Part shown: positions 11,706 through 22,489 of the stretch, piece by piece
Position numbering within the stretch: position 1 is the stretch's first letter
How the letters are laid out: each line of letters opens with the position of its first letter
From: the human T2T-CHM13v2.0 reference genome, Homo sapiens
DNA: 64,000 nt
Assembly (NCBI RefSeq): GCF_009914755.1
Contig: NC_060927.1
Reading direction: 5' to 3' (one strand)
The notes under the pieces: model-generated
Seen by the model: only the letters and a program-made list of their open reading frames with translations
Databases searched by the model: none
What the model was told of the DNA's origin: nothing
Translations under genes and position numbers: made by a program

Positions 11706-13649
11706 TATTATGAACAGTAGGAAAAGTAAGTAAGCTTTGTGTGCCTTTGTCAGATGTAGCAATTTACTGGCGTCTTAAAGACACAAAGGACTGAAAAATG
11801 TTTATTTTTCGTTCATTGAAATTGGTAAATGACTCTAATAAAACTAGTGATCTTTTAAAATTATTCTAACAACTCTTTTCTTTCATCAGATATTAGATAT
11901 AGAAATCATATTATGTGAAAATATTCACAATGGGGCTGGGAGGTATTCATAATATACAACTAAACATTTTAATGGGTCCATTTCCTAGAGCCTAGGTTAT
12001 TAGCAGTTCTTTGATATTTTGTTTTACTCAGTACTTTTTAGTTTGTCTATTAGAAATTTCATACCTACTCTAAGTTATATGTACTTGTGCTTTCCAAAGC
12101 TACATTTTAATTAAACAGAATGGCAAAAAAAAAGATTTCATTGTTGCAATCCTTTAATGTTTTATGAAGAGAATAGTTTTTCTGATATATGAATTTCATT
12201 TCTTAAAGAATATTCCCCCAAAGAGAAAAATAAAATGTAAACTTGCATCTTTTCAATGCTTGCCAGGTAACATTCAGTCTACAATATATGCCTTCCAGAA
12301 CTAATTAAGGAGGCACATTATTATCTACAAAAACAGAATAAAGCTTTGTGCAAGCATACACTAAATATGTGGAAATTCTAGACCAGCTGTCAATTTCTAG
12401 GCTCCCTTTTTTCCTTTGAAGACTATTCATAAAATAGAGATAAACACATTCCCTGCCTGCAATATAGGCATACCTGCAAATGTTTAATGCATCAGGGCAT
12501 TAGGGAGATTATTTTAATGGATTTTTACCAAATCATGTTTTGACAGTCAATTTAAAAACATTTAAGTTACCACTTTCACCTATGCTGAAATCCAGTGGGA
12601 AAAAGGAAAGCTCTCTTGTGAAATGGTGGAGGAAGCTGATGATAAAAGGCTCCATTCAACGTAAAAAACTCATTAAAAGAAACATGAGTTATTCAAGCTG
12701 CCGTGATTGAGAAAATACACTTTCCTGTGTAGGTGCCCCATTCCAAGTCATGTACATAGAGGGAAGCTGCTTCTACAAAACTCACATTGAATTTGCCTGA
12801 TAACCAGTGAACTCTTGAACCACTGTACTATGATTGTGCATAAAAACAGTAAATAGAAAATATTTTTTTCTCTTTTACTGATGAAATGAAGCATGGCTCT
12901 TTTTTGAAAAAGTTCTAAGATTCAGGAATAATATTCTTGCTTTGTCTGTTTGCTAACCTGAGGTAAAAGTCATAGGACCTTTTTAAGTTGTTTCCGTTTA
13001 TTATACTGCATAGTATATGCAGTATACTAAGGTTCAGATAGATGTCTGTTTGTTTCTGTATTGTGAACAGTGACTAATTATTAGGAAGAGGGTATTGACA
13101 CATGAAAGAAGAAAAACAGTTATTTTAGAATGCTACTTCCTTGGCAGGCTGACTCTGAAAAACCAATAAAGCTGAGAACAAAGTGAAATGCCATGAAAAA
13201 CTATAGGAATAAAACAATTAAGCTGTTTCCTCCTTAGGATAGTAAGGCTTTTAAAAATATATCAGAGCGCCTTACAAATATTAACCAATGGCTCTTTGCC
13301 TTTGAATAAAGTAGCATTATTAACCTTATAATTAATTTGATGAAGAACTGAAGGAGGTGTTGAAATAATTGTACATGGGAGACTATCCAGGCTGCTGGCC
13401 CAGTTATAAATTAGGTCTTGAACTCAACCTGTCCCTTATTGCCAGCTTTGGAATTGCACACATTTATGAGCATGTGTGCATGTATACTTACATTAAGTTT
13501 TCTTAATGACCAATATAGGTAGGCTAAGGGATAATCACAACGTACAACAATAAAATAATTCCTAGCTAAAATGTTTTAATATTCCTCTATAATACTGATA
13601 AATATCTACCAGGATAACTTGTTTATATTTGTTTATAAATATGAAAATA

Positions 13650-13905
13650 ATAATAATAATATATTGTGCTCATTCATTGAGTTCTCGATATGAGCCACCT
13701 TCTATGTTAAATGCTTTAAGTATATTATTTCATTTAATTGATTCAATAATCTAGGAGATTGGCATAATTATTTTTATTTTACAGAAGAAGAAAGAGAGAC
13801 TTAGATCTAAAATTTGTCCAAGGTAATGCTTTTAGTGAGTAGCAGAAGTGAGATTCAGGCTTGGGATTACCTGACTTCAGAGCCTTTTAACTTAACCATT
13901 AATAC
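13650..13905 (-). mobile_element. MIR
   Basis: Near full-length reverse-complement MIR (cattcattgag...ttttacagaagaagaaa...ttgtccaaggt...ctgacttcagagcc...ttaaccatta). Confidence 0.85.
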
Positions 13906-14695
13906 CTACGTGCGGTTTTCTAAAATGGACTCCTAATTTTTTTGTTTGTTTTAGAAATTACACTGCTTGTCAGGAAAAACTCATTACCATTCTCTTATCT
14001 TCATAGTACTAATCAGTATTATTTAGGTAACAGTAAAACAGAAAAAATAAACATCAATTATATTCTTGCTCTGCTTATGGGTATATTTTTCAGATTATTT
14101 CTCCTGTGCTTATTTACTTACAGTAGTATCTATAGCCATTAAGCTTAAATAGCACTCTACACATGCTTCTCCATTCCATTTCAAATGTGGGCTACAAATA
14201 GATCTGCTAAAATAGATTTGCTAAACTTGTTCTCTGGGTCTAGGCTCTTCTTACATGCTAAGATCTCTTCAGAACCTGCCTGTGGCAAGCCTCACTGTCA
14301 GCTATTCGCAATTCAATTCACTCATTTTTCCTGCTAGCAGGACCCAGAATTTGTTCAGGTTATTTTGTTCAGAATATTTCACTGAATGGCCATGATCAAA
14401 TTCTGACAGCTATCATGTGGTCTTTGACAGTTTCCTTATTATCTGTTTTGGTCTCCATTCACTGTTAACAACACTAAGGCCTCTGCTTCCTGTGGAAGGC
14501 ACTGGATCCCACCCCCACTGCTCTGTATTTAGGGTTCTCTGTGCAGCACTATGCCTCCTTCTGCAGAAGTATGATTAAGGATTGGTTATTGCCATTTTGT
14601 TATTTTACAGCCTGCCATGTACCAAAACTGTGTTTCTAGGCATGCTGAAATGAACAGAATGCCTTCCCCCTAAACAGAAATATGTTTTAGTATTT

Positions 14696-15930
14696 TGGTG
14701 GAATGGGCAACTCCAGGCACTGGCACAGGCCCTGGCCCTGTGTGAGGCTGTGGCTAGACAAGGTGTACTGCAAGCAACTTCCACTGTGAACTCCGGGGAA
14801 TTCAGTGGTGCTCAGAAACTTGGAAAAGTCAGGAAAACCGCAGAGCCCCAAAGAGGGTGTCACAGCCTTGGCTTGGGAAACCTGTAGGTCTGAGCTCCCC
14901 AAAGGGTGGCAGCTCAACTCTCCTTCTCATCACTTACAACATGGCGAGTGGGAGATGTGTTTCAGCCCTGTTTGTGTTACAGCTCTTTTAGTCCTGCCAT
15001 TGGGTGGGTCTCAAATTCTTGTCTTGTGTTCAGGAAGAATGAGGTACGCAGACAACTGAAGGGTGAGCAAGACAAAGAGGCGCTTTATTGAACAACAATA
15101 CAGCTCTCAGGAGACCCAAAGTGGATAGCTCCTATCTGCAGGCAGGTTGTCCTGACATCTGCTGGAGTCTGGCTGAGTTCAGGGTTTTTATGGGCTTCAG
15201 AAGGGAGAAAGTGCATGCTGATTGGTCCATGGGCAGCCATGGGCAAGCCTGGAAAAGCACCATAATTTCTCACTCTTGGCCACGGACTCCACCCAGAGCT
15301 GACAACCTGGTAGGCATGCTTAAGATTGTCCCTGGCTTGAAGGTGGGGCTTCACCTGGGACCTGCCCCCTTCCAACCAGGAGCCTGTCAGCCTCCTGCTG
15401 TCATCAACATGCTGTCCATGGTGCCCACAGTGCCAGGCTGTTTGAGCTGAGTGGCACCTTCATGTCTGCACCAAGCTGCCCTCAGCCCTCCTTGGCCTCC
15501 CTCCTGAGCTTGTCAGCACCCAAAACCTGGAGTGGGTCTAGGAAACAGGGGGGTGGTGTGTCAGCACTGCTCCAAGAGCATGTGCATACCTGGCTCAGTT
15601 GTGTGACAGTGCCCAAGCTTGGCCTTAACTTTGCTCCAAAATTGGAGTGGGTGCCAGAAGCGGGGAGAGGCCAGGCAGTGGGAGCAGGCACTTCCAAGCT
15701 TGAGGGGGCAGGGTGGCTTCCTGGAACCCTGAAAGTGCAGGGATGCCCAGGTCTGTGACCACGGCTGGGCAGCTGCAGCTGTGCCCAGGAGGGCAAGTGT
15801 CCTGCCCTGCCAACTCAGAAGGGGGTAGGGCTCCAACCAGCTCTTTACAGTGCATAGCTCTGGACATGCCTCCCCCACTGCAGCCAGTGTCTTTGCAATG
15901 GCAACTCTAGACAGGCCACTGCAGACACCA
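14696..15930 (-). repeat. 3' LTR (MER52-like), truncated at its 3' end
   Basis: Colinear with 18418-19976; minus-strand start TGGTGTCTGCAGTGGCCTGTCTAG; lacks the terminal ~240 bp present at 18180-18417. Confidence 0.85.
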
Positions 15931-15945
15931 ATCCCACCTTTGAAG
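15931..15945 (-). other. Polypurine tract
   Basis: Minus strand AAAGGTGGGAT directly precedes the 3' LTR TG. Confidence 0.65.
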
Positions 15946-16039
15946 AGGTACACCTAACTGCCATTAGGATGAGGACAATGACTGCTCTTCACTGCTTCAT
16001 GCTGACAGGGGACATTGTTTTGGGGAAAACAGCAATCAA

Positions 16040-16135
16040 ATCTCTCTCAGAGGCCTATCTAAGGGTCCCCAGTAAAAAGGGGGCCAACATCTGAGGCTCC
16101 AGTTGGATGACAGCTTGGACTTTGATGGCCTCTAT
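16040..16135 (-). pseudogene. env: env TM cytoplasmic-tail remnant
   Basis: Minus strand reads EAIKVQAVIQLEPQMLAPFYWGPLDRPLRE, like the class I ERV Env tail EAIKLQMVLQMEPQM...YRGPLDRP. Confidence 0.75.
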
Positions 16136-16545
16136 GCAAGAAGAAACAATTTTTACAAGGAGGTTAAATATATGAAGAAAAAAATTTAGTGCCAAAGATA
16201 ACAGAAGTAAAATAGACTAATCATTCTGAAAACAATGTTGTGGCTATTGCTGTTTCACGCTGGTGAAAGAAATTATATCTTATATGGGGCAGTCAAACTT
16301 TTAAAGAGAAATAACTGTTTAGGGGAGTAGATAATCTCTTGAGAGTTCAGGATTAAGGGGTCCTTGACAAAAATGCCTTATGGTGAGGAACAGAACAAAG
16401 GCGAGAACACTAAGCATAGGGTATCCATAGAGGGTTAACTATTAGCACTTACCTTTTGTGATTTTTTTTGCTTAAAGTCCCTGATTTCTTCACTCTGGTA
16501 CTTCAGGTGCTCTCCTGGGTCAACAGAGATAATTTTATCAGTTTT

Positions 16546-17530
16546 CTAGGTCTTTACTTGAGTATAATTAATCCAAGAATGTGTTTCAGGGACCTTTACT
16601 GCCATAAGAGTAGAAAGAAGTATAGTGTAAAGTCCCTCCCATTCCAGGCCTGGAGAGGGAGAAAAGGAAGAAAGTGCCTTTACCAGTACTAAGTCCCCTG
16701 GGTTGAATAGAGGTGGCTCCATTTCATGGGATTGGGCCTCCCATAGTTGTTTCAGTTCATGTTGGAAATGGGCCAAGTAAGTTATATGTTAATTAAATCA
16801 GAGATTTTTTTGGTCTAGCAAGAAATCATTGTTGAGACAAGGCCATCCATAAATCATTTTGAAGCGACTTAAATCCAGCTGTTTAGAGGTGTTTCTAACA
16901 TGTAATAGGGTTATGGGGAGAAGAGTAATCCAGGGGAGATGAGTCTCTTGAGACAGTTTTCTGAGGTGACTTTTGATAATATTATTTGTCTTTTCTACCT
17001 TTCCTGAGGAATGTGGTGTCCAAGCACAATAAAGATGATGTTGTATACCTAGTGCCTTTGAGACCCCTTTGGTGACAGCTGCCTTGAGCAAGGGGGCATT
17101 ATCATTCTGGATGTACTTAGGAAGTCCAAAATAAGGAATTATTTTATTAATCAGTACTTTTATCACCTCAGAGGCTTTGTCCGTTCAACATGGAAAAGCT
17201 TCTACCCAGTTAGTGAAGGATCTACCCATACTAGGAGGTGCTGGATGCCCCTTGTCTTTGGCAGATGGATGAAATGCATCTGTCAGTCTTCCCCTAGGTT
17301 GTCTTTTGTTCTTTGGGTTTCAGTGGGGAGAAGCCATCTATTGAGGGGATTATTTTTATGGCATGTCTCACAAGCATTAATGACTTATTTGCCCATGTTT
17401 AGCAGATTTTTACCTGAGAACAACCTCTGGGCCACTTGATAGGTTTTATCCTTACCTAAATGGAAGGCTTGGTGGAGGATTTTAAGAACATTCCATTGGC
17501 TGAAAGCTGGTAGATGAAGCTTTTCATCCT
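16546..17530 (-). pseudogene. pol: Decayed gammaretroviral-like integrase
   Basis: Zinc-finger LHQAFHLG...CETC; LGED*QMHFIHLP (W to stop, first catalytic D to H); QNDNAP...KVEKTN with exact D-X35-E spacing; C-terminal PGDLVLVK...WEGLYTILLST; split by frameshifts. Confidence 0.92.
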
Positions 17531-18156
17531 CCAGTTGAAGCCTCTTGACCTATGCAAATGGGTTCCTTCAAGGGGAAAGAAAACTCTCAGTTGTTACATC
17601 CTCCTTGCTTCTAAGAATAGACAGACACCACATTGTTCTGATTTACACTCCTGATGACTAAGCCAAATGCTTATTTTACCCAGTAATATTATTTCTGTGG
17701 TTTCCAACGACACCCTTAACATTGTATGTAAAGAAGAGGATAGAAAATGGCAGCCTTGAAAGAAAAAAATGAAGAGCAATTGGAAAGACTGGGTGTTCTA
17801 TTGTGGTCAGGATGTACAGTTAGTTGAGGGGCCTTTAGATAACACTGAGGTGTAAACTTGGCCAGACACCCTCAGTTGCCCCAGGACCTCCTTCTGATCC
17901 CACGTGATGGCTAGGCCTCCATGAAGGAAAACTGAATTGGAACAAAGCCAACATTCCCAATACCCAAGTGTGATGGAGAATTGGCATTGTCCTCACCAGC
18001 AAACCTATCCTCTGTGTCTTAAGTCCAGCAGCCACTCTAGTCACTTTTAACTGGACAGAGGCCCATGTTTTTCTTTCATTTTGGCTATTGTGGAGTTTAG
18101 GGACTTTGAAAAAAGAACAGAAAGCAGCAAGTCCACTTTTACTCACACTTTTGCCG

Positions 18157-18174
18157 ATCCCAGATGAACCCATA
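18157..18174 (-). other. Primer-binding site, tRNA-Pro type (degenerate)
   Basis: Minus strand TATGGGTTCATCTGGGAT versus TGGGGGCTCGTCCGGGAT (13/18, two differences are CpG decay), a few bp after the LTR end TGTGACA. Confidence 0.7.
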
Positions 18175-18179
18175 AAAAA

Positions 18180-19976
18180 TGTCACAGGATCCCTGGGGTG
18201 TTGCTCTTCCAGCTAGAAGCCACTGTGGCTGGTGGTGCCTTCACCTAAGTTTTGCTTGGGCCCACTGGACTCATTCTGCCCACTCGGCCTGTCAGGCTGT
18301 TCTTGATTCGTGCTGCTAGCCCGGATCCCATACCTGCCAACAGTGCGATGAGGGATGTGTGAGTTAGCAAGCACGGGGTCCAACCACTGTGCACAGCCAG
18401 GAACGCCAGCTGCTGCAACGGGGTGGGCAGTACCAGGCACCAGTACAGGTGCCGGCTCTGTGTGAGGCTGCAGCTTGACCAGGCATATCACAAGCGGCTT
18501 CCACTGTGGGCTCCAGGGAACAAGGTGGTGCCTGGAAGCTGGGAGATGCCAGGAACTGCAGAGCCTCCAAGAGGATATCACTGTCCTGGCTCAGGAAGCC
18601 ATTAGGTCTGCAGTCCCCAAAGGGCTGCAGCTCTTCTCTCCTTCTCACTGTTTGCTGTTGAGTGACAGTACAGCTCTAAGGAGACCCTAAGTCAGTAGTC
18701 CTATTCTGGCCAGCTTCATGAAGCATGTTGTTCCTGCAGTGCTTCCCCCACTGCAGCCAGTGTCCTCGCAGTGGTCACTTCAGATGGGCCACTGCTGCAA
18801 TCAAAATGTCTATTCAGATCCTTCATCATTTTTTGTCCTCAGATTATTATTTTTTTCCTATTGAGTTGTCTGAGTTACTTATATTCTGGTTACTGTTCAT
18901 TGCTCACAATGTGGCCAGTGGGTGGGTGTGCTTCAGTCTTGTTTGTGTTACAGCTCTTTTAGTTCTGCCATTTGGCAGGTCCCAAGTTCTTGTCCCACAT
19001 CCAGGAAAAATGAAGTATGCAGACAACTTGAAGGTAAGATGAAGAGGTGCTTTATTGATCAACATTACAGCTCTCAGGAGGCCCTAGGTCAGTAGCTTCT
19101 ATCCACAGGCAGGTTGCCTGACATCTGCAGCCCTCAGCAGAGAGGAGACCCGGAGTGGGTAGCTCCTATTCACAGGCAGGTAATCCCGATGTCTGCCCAA
19201 GTCTGGTTGAGGCCAGGGATTTTATGAGCTTCAGAAGGGATAAAGTGCATATTGATTGGTTCCTGGGAGGCCATGGGCGGCCCTGGAAAAAGCATCATAA
19301 GTTCTCACTCCGGGCCACAGACTCTACCAGGAACTTATAGCCTAGCCCCATGCTTCAGGCTGTCCCCGGTTTGGTGGTGCGGCATCATTGGGTATACACC
19401 CCTATATGCCCAGGAGCCTGTCTGCCTCCTGCCATTATCAACCTGCCATCCACGGTGCTCATGGCACCCCGGCTGCTTGTGCTGAGTGGCACCTGCAGGC
19501 CCATGCTGAGTTGCCTTTAGTCCCCACTCAGCTTCCCTCCCTTGCTCATTGGTGCCCAAAGTCCAGAAGATTCTGAAATGGCAGGGGTCTGGCGTGTCAG
19601 TGCTGCCCTGAGCATGCACACACCCAGCCAGGTTGCAACAGCATCCAGGCTCATCCTCAATTTTACTCCAAAATTGGAGCAGGCACTGGGAGCAGGGAGG
19701 GGCCAGGCAGCAGAAGCAGGCACCTCCAACCCTGTGGGGGTAGGGGGCTTCCTAGGCCCCTGAGATCACAGAGATGCCCAGGTCCACAGTCATAGACAGG
19801 TGGTTGCAGCTGTGTCCAGGAAGGCAGGGCTCCCACCCCACAACTCAGAAGCAGGTGGGGCTTCTGCCTGATTCCAGTTTCTGTCAGCTCCATGGAGCAT
19901 GTCGCTACTGCAGTGCCTTCCTGCTGCAGCCAGTGTCTTCACAGAGGCCATTCCAGATGGACCACTGCAGCCATCA
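18180..19976 (-). repeat. 5' LTR (MER52A-like) containing an internal insertion
   Basis: Minus strand starts TGATGGCTGCAGTGGTCCATCTGG and ends CACCCCAGGGATCCTGTGACA, matching MER52 termini. Confidence 0.88.
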
Positions 19977-22485
19977 AAATGTCTATTCAGGTCCTTCATG
20001 ATTTTTTTGTCATCAGATTATTTTTCTTCCTGTTGAGTAGTTTGTATTACTTATATATTCTGGTTACTAATCCCTGGTTAGATGGATAGTTTGCAAATAT
20101 TTTCTTCCATTTGGTAGTCTGTCTTTATATTTTGTTGAATGTTTCCTGTGCAGGAGCTTTTTACCTTGTAAATTCCATCTGTTTATTTTTGCTTTTGTTG
20201 GCTGTGCTTCTGAGGTCTTACTCCAAAAATTGTTGCCAAGACCAATGTCCTATAGCATTTCCCCAATGTTTTCTTTCAGTAGTTTCACAGTTTTAGGTCT
20301 TACATTTCTATCTTTAAAATTTTTTGGTTGATTTTTGTATATAGTCAGAGATGAGGATCCAATTTTATTATTTTGCCTATGGATACCCAGTTTTTGAAGC
20401 ATCATTTTATAAATAATCTGTCTTTTCCTGCACCAAGAACACACAAAACAATGAGTTAGGAACAAGTATGGATTTATTGCTGGATTCTCTATTCTGTTCC
20501 ATTGATCAAAATATCTCTTTTTATGTCAGTAGCACGCTGCTTTAGTTACTATAGCTTTGTGGAATATTTATCTCTTTCAATTTTTTTCATTAACATTTCA
20601 GTTTTTCTTATAGCAATTTTCACTTATTTGGTTAAATTTATGCAAGTTTTTTTGTAGCTATTATAAATGGGATTTCTTTTTAATATTGATCACTGTTAGT
20701 TTAGAGAAACATTACTAATTTTTGTATGTTGATGGTTTGTATCCTGCTACTTTACTAAATTCATTTTCTGGTTCTAAGAATTTTGTGGTGAAATCTAGTT
20801 TATTCTAAATATAAGATCATGACATCTGCAAATAAGGATACTTGGACATCTTCCTTTCCCATGTGGATACCTTTTATTTTTTCATCTAATTTCTCTCAGT
20901 AGGACTTCCAGAACTATGTTAAATAGAAGTGGTGAAAATGAGAATCCTGATTTTGTTCCAGAGCTTAGTGAAAAATATTTTAATTTTTTCCTGCTTAGTA
21001 TGATATTAGCCATGGTTTTGTCATATATAGCCTTTACTGTGTTAAGGTATGTTTTTTATATACCCAAATTTTTGAGTTTTCATCATGATGGGATGTTAAA
21101 TTCTACTGAATGCTTTTTTAGCCTCTATTGAAATGATCATATGGCTTTATCCTCAATTCTGTTGAACTGTCACAATTATTGACTTAATATGTTGAATCAT
21201 TTTTACATCCCTGAGATAAATCTTACTTGATTATAATAAGTGATTTTTTAATGTGTTGTTGAATTCAGTTTGCTAGTAATGTGTTGAGTAATTTTGCATC
21301 TATGTTCATCAGGGATATTTCTTTCTTTGTTGTGTCGTTATTTGCTTTCGATACCAAGATAGTGCTGACCTTGTGTAATGAGATTGGAATTATATTCTCT
21401 TATTTAATTTTTTGAAATTGTTTGAGTAGAATTAATATTATTTCTTCTTTAAATGTTTAATAAAATTCAGCAGTGAAGACATTTGGTCCTGGGCTTTTAT
21501 TTGACAGATTTTTTAAATTACAGCTTTGATCTCATTGCTTATTATTGGTCTATTTAGATTTTCTATTAACTTAAGATTCTATCTTGGTAGGCTGTATGTA
21601 TCCAGGAATTTATCTATTTATTCTAGGTTTTCCAATTCCTTGGCATATGGTTGCTCATGTTAGGCATATGGTTGCTCATATTAGTCTCTACAAAAATACC
21701 AAATGATCCCTTTCTATTTCTGTATCAGTTGTAATGTTTCCTTTTTTCTCACTGATTTTATTTGGGTCTTATTTTTCTTGTCGATTTTATCAGTTTATTC
21801 ATCAATTTTGTTTACCTTTAAAAAAAATAACTGCTCAGGCATGGTGGCTCACGCCTGAAATCTCAACACTTTGGGAGGTCAAGGTGGGTGGATCACTTGA
21901 AGTCAGGAGTTTGAGACAAGCCTGGCCAAATGGTGAAACCCTGTCTCTACTAAAAAGTACAAAAATTAGCTGATGTGGTGGTGTACCTGTAGTCCCAGCT
22001 ACTCAGGAGACTGAGGCAGGAGAATTGCTTCAACCTGGGAGGCAGAGGTTACAGTGAACTGCTATTGGGCCTTTGCACTCCAATCTGGGCAACAGAGCGA
22101 GACTCCATCTCTCTGTTTCTCTCACACACACATAAAACTCTTTTTATTTTATTGGATTTTGAATTTTTGTCTCAATTTAATTTATTTATGTTCTGATTTT
22201 TATTATTTATTTTCTTCTACTAATTTCGGGCTTGGTTTATTCTTGCTTTTCTATCGCTATGAGTTGCATCAGTAGGTTATTTTTAGTCTTTCTGTTTTTT
22301 TGATGTAGGCATTTTCTGCTATAAACTTCCTTCTTAGCACTGCTTTTGCTATATTCCATGTGTTCTGATACATTGTGTTTTTATTTTCATTAGTTTAAAG
22401 AATGTTTTAATTTTCTTCTTAATATCTTCATTGGCCCATTTTTCATTTAGGAGCATGTTATTTAATTTCCATGCATTTTTACAGT
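19977..22485 (-). mobile_element. L1M (L1MA/MB-like) ORF2 region
   Basis: Minus strand near 22300-22480 echoes WKLNNMLLN..W..E.IK..IK.F.ETNEN..T.YQN.W..AKAVLR.KFIA; ORF2-like sequence continues to 19977. Confidence 0.9.
21833..22111 (+). mobile_element. AluS (Sx/Sz-like) inserted in L1
   Basis: Dimeric Alu; the A-tail is replaced by a CT/CA microsatellite. Confidence 0.92.
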
Positions 22486-22489
22486 CTCA

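Larger units (their letters stand above)
14696..19976 (-). mobile_element. Internally deleted ERV1 provirus with MER52-type LTRs (MER52-int/HUERS-P-like)
   Basis: Two long GC-rich homologous LTRs, a degenerate tRNA-Pro PBS, integrase and env remnants, and a polypurine tract. Confidence 0.85.

Noticed and set aside
16798-17166. Functional or domesticated integrase
   Set aside because: In-frame stop and D-to-H change at the first catalytic residue, plus frameshifts separating the domains
18157-18174. tRNA gene
   Set aside because: Only an 18-nt degenerate PBS; no cloverleaf or A/B boxes
14687-20001. Dense overlapping ORFs on both strands suggesting a gene cluster or CpG island
   Set aside because: This reflects stop-codon scarcity in GC-rich MER52 LTRs; CpGs have largely decayed to TG/CA
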